From NCBI GenBank assembly GCA_016183065.1, contig JACPFF010000006.1:107578-171577 (forward strand): a stretch of 64,000 bases of DNA, written 5' to 3'. The position numbers were made by a program, and so were the translations under genes. Below the pieces are notes generated by a model that was given only the letters and a program-made list of their open reading frames with translations, did no database searches and was not told the DNA's origin. Origin of the DNA: Deltaproteobacteria bacterium. GTDB lineage: Bacteria > UBA10199 > GCA-002796325 > JACPFF01. Below are positions 57,063 through 64,000 of the stretch, one piece after another. How positions within the stretch are numbered: position 1 is the stretch's first letter; the number at the start of each line of letters is the position of its first letter.

Positions 57063-58369
57063 GACATCTTGTGCGGATGACAATGCTCGGGTGCGTGTGT
57101 GGATGTTTCCTACTCCTCCCGCGCCTTCTCCACGCCGGTGGGCCGTGGTTTGTCGATGAAAAGGGGAGTGGTGTGCCGTACACATGGGCCGGAGGGACCA
57201 TCATCTGGTATGCGGATGCGGGTGGGCTTGGGGCCTTTTCTGGTGCGGAGATTATTGATCAGGTCAAGAAGGCCTTCGATGTCTGGATGAACGCGGGTCT
57301 CCATCTTCCAGGCATGGTGAAGGTGAATACCGTCCAGGTGAGTGCGGTCCTCGGGGGGATATTGAAAGAGAAGCTGACCCCCGAGAATCTGATGAAACAC
57401 CTGAACAAGACCCTGATTATCTACGATGAAGACGGGTCGATTCTCACAGGAGAGGGGGTCAACCCTCAGGATGTTGCCGCGGTCACATTTTTGGGGGCGA
57501 AGATGGATCCGACAACGCTCCATCATTTGGCGGGCGTCACGGTATTGAACGGCCTTTTTTTACAGGACGTCGATCCGGCGAATCCGGGTGGCAGCAAGTA
57601 TGCCCGGTTCTTGGCCACCTTGGTCCATGAGTTTGGCCATCTCTTTAATCTCGATCACTCGGCCCTCAATTGGGAAAATATCAACGAGATCGTCTCCGAT
57701 ATCGGGGCCTTTGGAAAGGCCCTGCCGACAATGTATCCGGTCATTGTCGAAGGGGGCGGGCAGGAGACGCTCCATGTCGATGATGTCGTCGCGATTTCCA
57801 CCCTCTATCCCCGCGCAGATTTTACCAGCAAGTTTTGCGCGTTTGCCGGGGTATTGGTCGGGAGCGACAGCCTCGGATTCCAGGGGGCGCATGTGGTGGC
57901 CCGGCCGGTCAAAGACCCGATGACGTTTGCCATTTCGGCGGTCTCTGGCAATGCCTTGCCGCAGGGGGCCGCGGATGGAAGCTACATCGTGCGCGGCATT
58001 CTCCCGGGCGAAAAATACACCCTCTCATATGGAAAAATTAATCCGGCCTTTGTCATGGAGTCATCGTTGCAACCGTATGGCGATGAAGAGGGAGAAACAC
58101 CGCGCAGCGGATTCGAGAACGCCCCGATTACGGCCGGGAATGGGAAGGCCACAACGGTCTTGTGCAATGCGCCTGGAGAGACGGTGATGATGGATACCAT
58201 TCAACTGGAAATCCCGAGCGGTGGAACATTTCAGGCGAAAAATCCCCTTGTTTCCGCCAGCACGCCGATGGCGCCTCCGGCCACGGCAACCGGCGGATCG
58301 CCAGGCGGTGACCCCGAGACCAAGGCGGGTGCAAAAAAGACCTTTGGCTGCACGTTCGTGCTTCCGTGA
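57059..58369 (+). CDS. secreted zinc metalloprotease (metzincin-type HEFGHLFNLDH) with Gly/Pro/Thr linker and FGCTFVLP C-terminus
   Basis: Signal peptide MRHLVRMTMLGCVCGCFLLLPRLLHA. HExxHxxxxxH motif. C-terminal PPATATGGSPGGDPETKAGAKKTFGCTFVLP. Confidence 0.75.
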   Translation: MRHLVRMTMLGCVCGCFLLLPRLLHAGGPWFVDEKGSGVPYTWAGGTIIWYADAGGLGAFSGAEIIDQVKKAFDVWMNAGLHLPGMVKVNTVQVSAVLGGILKEKLTPENLMKHLNKTLIIYDEDGSILTGEGVNPQDVAAVTFLGAKMDPTTLHHLAGVTVLNGLFLQDVDPANPGGSKYARFLATLVHEFGHLFNLDHSALNWENINEIVSDIGAFGKALPTMYPVIVEGGGQETLHVDDVVAISTLYPRADFTSKFCAFAGVLVGSDSLGFQGAHVVARPVKDPMTFAISAVSGNALPQGAADGSYIVRGILPGEKYTLSYGKINPAFVMESSLQPYGDEEGETPRSGFENAPITAGNGKATTVLCNAPGETVMMDTIQLEIPSGGTFQAKNPLVSASTPMAPPATATGGSPGGDPETKAGAKKTFGCTFVLP

Positions 58370-58411
58370 TCAGCTTGTTTTCACCAGCGAGATCTGCTAG
58401 AGCTGCGGACC

Positions 58412-59866
58412 ATGAATCGGCAATCCTGGTGGGTCGGTGTGTTGCTCGGTGTGGTGGGGTGTGCATTGCTGCGAGGGGGGATCTCCGCCGAGGAGACCGC
58501 CACCCAGAAGACGCCGCCCCGTGTGGTCTACACGCTCACCATTGCCGATGAGATCATCACTCCGACCATTGCCGAATATATTGCGCACGGTCTTGCCGAG
58601 GCGCATGCGCATCATGCGGAAGCGGTGATCCTCATCCTCGATACGCCGGGAGGCCTGCTCGAGTCGACACAACGGATCGTCCGTGATCTGATGAATGCCG
58701 AACTCCCGGTGGTGGTCTATGTGGCGCCCTCTGGCGGGCGGGCCGCCTCTGCCGGAATGTTCATCACGCTGGCGGCCCACGTGGCCGCCATGGCCCCATC
58801 GACGCGTATTGGCGCAGCCCATCCGGTGACGATCGGTGGGGCATCGCCAGGCGGGGAGCGTCCATCAGAGATGGCACCATCCCCTCCAACGTCCGCCGCA
58901 GAGAAAAAACGCCGTGGTACGAAGAAAAAGTCCGACCGGTCTCAGCACGATTCGACTTCCGCACCCGATCTGCATGCCGCCGCAGATCCCATGGGGGATA
59001 AAATCATGCAGGATACCGTGGCCTGGGTGAAGGGCATTGCCACGGGGCGCGGCCGCAATGTGCCGTGGGCCATATCCGCGGTGACCGAAAGTCGTTCCGC
59101 CACCACAGACGAGGCGAAACGGTTGGGAGTGATCGATCTCGTGGCGACCTCTGTGGAGGATCTGCTGCAGCAGCTCCATGGTCGCAACGTCGCGGTGGGG
59201 TCCACGACGCAGACCTTGCAGACCGACGGGGCAACAGTGATGGCCATTGCCATGACCGTGCGTCAGCAGCTCCTGCAGGTGATTTCGAATCCCAATATCG
59301 CCTACATCCTGATGATGCTCGGTTTCTACGGTCTCCTCTTTGAGATCACCCATCCGGGAGGATGGATCCCGGGGATCGCCGGGACGATCTGTCTCCTCCT
59401 CGCCTTTTATGCCCTGCACACATTACCGACCAATTATGCGGGGATCGCCTTTATTGTCCTGGGGGTGCTCCTCTTTTTGGTGGAGCTGAAAGTGACGTCG
59501 TACGGGTTTTTGACGGCGGCCGGGATCGGCTGTCTCGCTTTTGGGTCGATGATCCTGATCGATTCACCCGCGGAGTTTCTCCAAATCTCGCTTTCCGTGA
59601 TTATCCCCGTGGTGGTGGCCACGGCCATGGTGGCGCTCCTGCTCGGTTATCTCGTGATCCGGGCGCAACGTGGCCACGTGGCCGTGGGGATCGAAGGGAT
59701 GACCGGCCGGATCGCCGTGGTCGACCGGCCGTTCACCCCGCGGGGCAAAGTCACGATCGATGGCGAAATCTGGGATGCCGAGGGAGAAACCTCTGCCCAG
59801 GTGGGTGAAGAGGTCGATGTCGTGCGTGTCGAAGGGATGCGTCTGATCGTGCGTCGGCGGACATAA
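58412..59866 (+). CDS. nfeD: NfeD family membrane-bound ClpP-class serine protease
   Basis: ClpP-like N-domain ([11 protein letters not shown]), multi-TM middle and a C-terminal OB-fold ([12 protein letters not shown]). Contains a roughly 45-aa low-complexity basic insertion. Confidence 0.85.
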   Translation: MNRQSWWVGVLLGVVGCALLRGGISAEETATQKTPPRVVYTLTIADEIITPTIAEYIAHGLAEAHAHHAEAVILILDTPGGLLESTQRIVRDLMNAELPVVVYVAPSGGRAASAGMFITLAAHVAAMAPSTRIGAAHPVTIGGASPGGERPSEMAPSPPTSAAEKKRRGTKKKSDRSQHDSTSAPDLHAAADPMGDKIMQDTVAWVKGIATGRGRNVPWAISAVTESRSATTDEAKRLGVIDLVATSVEDLLQQLHGRNVAVGSTTQTLQTDGATVMAIAMTVRQQLLQVISNPNIAYILMMLGFYGLLFEITHPGGWIPGIAGTICLLLAFYALHTLPTNYAGIAFIVLGVLLFLVELKVTSYGFLTAAGIGCLAFGSMILIDSPAEFLQISLSVIIPVVVATAMVALLLGYLVIRAQRGHVAVGIEGMTGRIAVVDRPFTPRGKVTIDGEIWDAEGETSAQVGEEVDVVRVEGMRLIVRRRT

Positions 59867-59907
59867 TCGATGCACCAACACATGAGGAAAGCACAAGGGA
59901 GGGGAAT

Positions 59908-60666
59908 ATGCCATTACCATTGTCACCCATCGGGATACTAATCGTCATGGTGGCGTTTTATCTGCTCAGTTGTATCAAGGTTTTGCGGGAGTATGAACGT
60001 GGGGTCATTTTTCGGCTCGGCCGTGCCCTGCGCCGTTGCAAGGGACCGGGGATTATTTTTGTCTTCTATCCGATCGATCGAATGATCCGCGTCTCCCTCC
60101 GGACCGTGGTCCTCGATGTCCCTCCGCAGGATGTCATTACGCGGGACAACGTCTCGGTGAAAGTGAACGCCGTAACCTATTTTCGCGTGCTCGATCCGAA
60201 TCGCGCGATTTTGCAGGTCGAAAATTATCTCTATGCCTCGTCGCAAGTCTGTCAGACGACACTGCGGAGTGTCCTCGGGGAAGTGGAGCTCGATGAATTG
60301 TTGTCGGAGCGGGAAAAAATCAATCATCGACTGCAGGAGATCATTGATCGGCAGACCGATCCCTGGGGGATCAAAGTGAGCATGGTGGAGGTCAAGCATG
60401 TCGATCTGCCGGTCGAGATGCAACGGGCCATGGCGCGACAGGCCGAGGCAGAACGTGAACGACGGGCCAAGGTCATTGCGGCGGAAGGAGAATTCCAGGC
60501 CGCAGCCCGGTTGCTGGAAGCCGCCCAGCTGATGGGCCAGCACCCGGTGACCCTGCAGCTCCGCTATTTGCAAACGTTGGTCGAGATTGCGGGTGACAAG
60601 AATTCCACCACGGTCTTTCCGCTGCCGATCGATTTGCTCCGTGCATTCCTTCCCGCTAAAACGTGA
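59908..60666 (+). CDS. SPFH/band-7 (stomatin-like) protein
   Basis: 252 aa. [15 protein letters not shown] and a conserved SPFH core. Canonical NfeD partner. Confidence 0.9.
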   Translation: MPLPLSPIGILIVMVAFYLLSCIKVLREYERGVIFRLGRALRRCKGPGIIFVFYPIDRMIRVSLRTVVLDVPPQDVITRDNVSVKVNAVTYFRVLDPNRAILQVENYLYASSQVCQTTLRSVLGEVELDELLSEREKINHRLQEIIDRQTDPWGIKVSMVEVKHVDLPVEMQRAMARQAEAERERRAKVIAAEGEFQAAARLLEAAQLMGQHPVTLQLRYLQTLVEIAGDKNSTTVFPLPIDLLRAFLPAKT

Positions 60667-61390
60667 CCGTGCCGCCGGCAAAGGCGCCCCAGTCGTTGGC
60701 GTCTTTGGTGATCCCGACCTCGCCACCGAGGTCGAGCGTGAAGCGTTTTCCGAGGAGGAGTTCGATGCCGCCCAGACCGCTGACGACTTCATTTTTGCCG
60801 TTCTTCTGGAAATCGGTGTACCCGAGAATTTCGGAAAAGGCGCCGAACCGTTCCCAGACGTATTGAAAACCGGCACCGTATCGCATCATCTCATCGCCAT
60901 GCGTTTGAATCACGCTGCCGGCATTGAGCGTGAATGTCGAGTGTTCAGTCGCCTGCGTCAGGAGGAGATTATTCGTGAATTGATAATTGTCTTTTCCCAC
61001 GCGGCTCTCGGGAGAGGTCGGCAATCGAACCGTCGTAAACCCTCCGACGAGTGTTCGGCCATTGTGCGATGCGGTGAGGGCCCCGACCTTGTGAAGGATC
61101 ACGACGTCGCCGAAACCGGCATGATTTCCACCCGTCTGTTGGACGCGCCATGGCACGACCAGGTCGACCTGCTGGTTCCCGGCAACTCCTTGGGTCAGCG
61201 TAAGCTGTTGGCGATTTTCTTTCAGCCCGCTCGTCGGTTGCTGGAACTGGTGGCCAAACTCGACCATGAGATGATTCGGCGGTGTGACCGCGGCCGATTC
61301 GATGCGCGGGGCGCGCAATGCCCACACCGTCTGGCTCGCACAGAGGAGGGCGATGCTACAGAAGAGGCCGGAAACGAGACGGATTTTCAT
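60656..61390 (-). CDS. outer-membrane beta-barrel protein (transporter/MetA-like family)
   Basis: Start [24 protein letters not shown] (signal peptide). Alternating beta pattern. C-terminal ...FAGGTVTF ends in an aromatic residue. Confidence 0.65.
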   Translation of the reverse strand: MKIRLVSGLFCSIALLCASQTVWALRAPRIESAAVTPPNHLMVEFGHQFQQPTSGLKENRQQLTLTQGVAGNQQVDLVVPWRVQQTGGNHAGFGDVVILHKVGALTASHNGRTLVGGFTTVRLPTSPESRVGKDNYQFTNNLLLTQATEHSTFTLNAGSVIQTHGDEMMRYGAGFQYVWERFGAFSEILGYTDFQKNGKNEVVSGLGGIELLLGKRFTLDLGGEVGITKDANDWGAFAGGTVTF

Positions 61391-61516
61391 CGGGGGTATA
61401 GTGGCTCCCTGCTGGTGAGATGTCAAGCCTCGATCCATGGGCTCGATCCATCATTGATAAGAGATCTGTTATCGTGATACACTCTACGGATGCAATCTCG
61501 GGGGAGAGACGGAGGA

Positions 61517-61948
61517 ATGATGCATCGGATCTGCACATGGAGCTGTATCGGAGTGCTTTGTAGTATAGGATTGTGGAGTCTGGCGGGGAGTGCCGGTACA
61601 CCACAGGCTGGTCTGCAACAGGGGAGCAGGGCGGCGGCTGGGCAAACGCGTACGCCGGGAAGTCTGAGCCTTTTTTCTGCGGTGGCGCCGTGCCCCTGTC
61701 CCGGCGGGGTATTGGACACCTCGTGTATGCGGCGGGCGGCGGAGACGATCCAGGTCGGGCAGGGACTCCTCCAGACGTCGGCGTCCGGTGGCGCTGGTAC
61801 GCTGACCGTGGTGGTCTCAGGCCAATCCCGTCAGGGACGTGCCTTATGTACAAAGAAGGTCGAGGAGATCCTCCGCAAAGCCGGAGTGACCTATTTCCAG
61901 ACCAAGGAAATCGCAGGGCCGTGGCAGGTCCGATTCGGGGGGGAATAG
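61517..61948 (+). CDS. hypothetical secreted protein
   Basis: MMHRICTWSCIGVLCSIGLWSLAGSAG signal-like N-terminus with GGGGAGAGA upstream. No family recognised. Confidence 0.4.
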   Translation: MMHRICTWSCIGVLCSIGLWSLAGSAGTPQAGLQQGSRAAAGQTRTPGSLSLFSAVAPCPCPGGVLDTSCMRRAAETIQVGQGLLQTSASGGAGTLTVVVSGQSRQGRALCTKKVEEILRKAGVTYFQTKEIAGPWQVRFGGE

Positions 61949-62171
61949 GATCTGACGAGGGAAGAATCCGTCGCCCATAGCCGTGATGTGGCCAACAGTT
62001 GACCCTGCCAATAGTACTTGCCTTCCCTATTTCAATCGTGTTAGCCGTCCCGGCGAACTTCGCACACTCGCTTTTCCTTTTGGTCCAGCGAAGATAATGA
62101 GTGATTACGCTGGTTTGGGTTGCCGTGTGGTGCCCCATTGCGAGTGGAGGCCAACCGAAAGGAGTTTCGTC

Positions 62172-63134
62172 ATGGCGGAAGTCACACTCCAGTCTCTTCT
62201 GGAGGCCGGTGTCCATTTTGGGCATCAGGTCTCCCGATGGAATCCGAAAATGAAGCCGTATCTTTTTACGGCACGCAACGGGATTCATATCATCGATCTC
62301 GAAAAGACGCTCCCGATGCTGCATCGGGCCTATCATTTTGTGCTCGATCAAGTCGCGCATGGCGGCATGGTCCTCTTCGTCGGCACGAAACCTCAGGCCC
62401 AGCCGGTGATCGAGGAGGAGGCGAAGCGGTGCGAGATGCACTATGTCAATCATCGGTGGCTTGGCGGCATGTTGACCAATTTCCGCACCATCAAGCAGAG
62501 TATCGACCGATTAACGTCCTACTACGACCGAAAAGAGCAGGGAGAGTTGGCGAATCTGCGCAAGAAGGAGCAGCTGTTGATGGCGCGTGAGGCCGCGAAA
62601 ATGGAACGTTCGCTCGGCGGCATTCGGACCATGGAGCAGCTCCCGGCAGTGGTGATCACGGTCGATCCCAATCGCGAACGGATTGTGTTGCGTGAGGCCA
62701 ATCGTCTCCGTATTCCGGTCGTGGCATTGGCCGATTCGAATTGTGATCCGGAGGGGATCGATTTTCTCCTCCCCGGAAACGATGATGCCATGCGCTCGAT
62801 TCGCCTGGTGATACAGCATCTGGCCGATGGCTGTCTTGCGGGCCTTGCCAAGCGACGGGAAGTCATTGAACGGGAGATGGCTGCCAAGACAGAAGCCGAC
62901 CAGAAAAAACGCCCGATCAAGGCTGCGGAGGAACGGAAGATCGGTGGCCGCGGTCGGGCCTATGTGTCAAAAGATCGCAACGACCCCACGGATAAACCGG
63001 GGCGACGCGAGGGGAAATCCTCGACGGCTGTGCCACAGGGAAAAGGGGGCGCGGTCACCGTGCCGGACGCCACGGGGAAGGCGCCCGAGACCGTTGTGGA
63101 ATCCAAGCACGTCGGGGGAGGGAGTGCCACATGA
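62172..63134 (+). CDS. rpsB: 30S ribosomal protein S2 with a roughly 90-aa charged C-terminal extension
   Basis: Start MAEVTLQSLLEAGVHFGHQVSRWNPKM at 62172. The upstream part of the ORF was discarded. Confidence 0.9.
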   Translation: MAEVTLQSLLEAGVHFGHQVSRWNPKMKPYLFTARNGIHIIDLEKTLPMLHRAYHFVLDQVAHGGMVLFVGTKPQAQPVIEEEAKRCEMHYVNHRWLGGMLTNFRTIKQSIDRLTSYYDRKEQGELANLRKKEQLLMAREAAKMERSLGGIRTMEQLPAVVITVDPNRERIVLREANRLRIPVVALADSNCDPEGIDFLLPGNDDAMRSIRLVIQHLADGCLAGLAKRREVIEREMAAKTEADQKKRPIKAAEERKIGGRGRAYVSKDRNDPTDKPGRREGKSSTAVPQGKGGAVTVPDATGKAPETVVESKHVGGGSAT

Positions 63135-63985
63135 CGATTCGGGCATCAGTCGTGAGGGAGTTGCGGGAACGGACCGGGGCAGGGATGATGGAATGTAAAA
63201 AGGCCCTGCTCGAGACGAATGGCGACATGGATGCGGCCATTGCCTGGTTGCGGAAGCATGGCCTCTCAAAGGCCGCCAAGAAGGCGGAGCGCGTTGCCAA
63301 AGAGGGGACCATTGCCGTCTATATCGGACCGAACGACGCGTCGATGACACTCGTCGAGGTCCATTGTGAAACGGACTTCGTGGCAAAGAACGAACAGTTT
63401 CAACAATTCGCGTCGACCGTTGCACAAATCATTGGTGAGCATGATTTTTCCGACGTGGCTGCCGTCCAGGGGGCCATGCTGGATGGAGAAACGGTGTTGC
63501 AACACCAGACGCAGCTGACGATGACCATCGGCGAGAATATCGGTGTGGGTCGGTTTGCCAAACGGGTCGTGCAGAAACCCTCAGAGCGGCTCATCCATTA
63601 CATTCATGCGGGGAGCAAGATCGGCGTGATTGTCCAGTTTGATGACCCCCGGCAACAACTCTCCGACGACGTGGCCCGTGATATCGCCATGCACGTGGCC
63701 GCGATGAATCCACCATATGTGACGCGCACTGCCGTGCCGGCACCACTGATCGAGAAAGAGGAGGAGATTCTCCGTGCGCAGCTCGCGGATGACAAGAAAC
63801 CCGCGGAGATTGTCGAGAAGATTTTGCAGGGACGTCTCAATAAATTTTTTGCCGAGATCTGTCTCGACGAGCAGGTTTTTGTCAAGGACCCGCAGGGAAA
63901 GCGGTCCGTGCAGCAGATATTGCATTCCGTGGGGGATGCGATCCGGGTGAAGGATATGGTCCGTTTACAAGTCGGGACCGAATAA
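63131..63985 (+). CDS. tsf: translation elongation factor Ts
   Basis: ATGA overlap with rpsB. The N-terminal UBA-like region VRELRERTGAGMMECKKALLETNGDMDAAIAWLRK is present. Confidence 0.9.
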   Translation: MTIRASVVRELRERTGAGMMECKKALLETNGDMDAAIAWLRKHGLSKAAKKAERVAKEGTIAVYIGPNDASMTLVEVHCETDFVAKNEQFQQFASTVAQIIGEHDFSDVAAVQGAMLDGETVLQHQTQLTMTIGENIGVGRFAKRVVQKPSERLIHYIHAGSKIGVIVQFDDPRQQLSDDVARDIAMHVAAMNPPYVTRTAVPAPLIEKEEEILRAQLADDKKPAEIVEKILQGRLNKFFAEICLDEQVFVKDPQGKRSVQQILHSVGDAIRVKDMVRLQVGTE

Positions 63986-64000
63986 TCACCATGAAAGTGC

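Noticed and set aside
63991-64000. ATG at 63991 as the start of the next gene (pyrH would be expected after tsf by common synteny)
   Set aside because: Only 10 nt are available, which cannot support a call.

Overview
GC-rich chromosomal window from a diderm (Gram-negative type) bacterium; an Mla system, OmpA-family and beta-barrel proteins are present. Most of it is densely packed housekeeping. On the minus strand: a GH57-type glycogen cluster (debranching enzyme, glycosyltransferase, GH57, glgP fragment at the left edge); thiS-thiG-thiC behind a clear TPP riboswitch; purE/purD, glnE and csp; folD-gcvT-gcvH-gcvPA-gcvPB; rplM-rpsI; and a NifS-like desulfurase. On the plus strand: pgi, alr, mlaEFD, purH, rpoZ, tRNA-Leu(CAA), rsfS-gpmI-comF, a PgpH-like gene with ybeY, recG, NfeD/SPFH and rpsB-tsf. 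Four observations stand out. (1) Three signal-peptide proteins (a 990-aa beta-helix/Cys-repeat protein, a 768-aa Cys-rich orphan and a metzincin protease) all end in a very short Gly-Cys-[ST]-hydrophobic tail after a disordered acidic linker, a possible undescribed C-terminal sorting or lipidation signal. (2) A mosaic GC-rich intergenic repeat family occurs at seven loci in both orientations. Its hairpin shows compensatory changes, and a 63-nt module replaces one hairpin arm in two copies. (3) An accessory stretch at about 43.4-49.5 kb holds orphan genes, repeat-rich regulatory DNA and about 0.9 kb with no convincing gene. (4) recG appears to carry an internal deletion plus frameshift. Also present are a toxin-first RelE/Phd module with a consensus, apparently leaderless promoter next to the tRNA, and an AT-rich single-gene AlbA_2 island. 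No CRISPR array, transposase, integrase or rRNA was seen. All calls come from reading the sequence and translations; no database search was possible.
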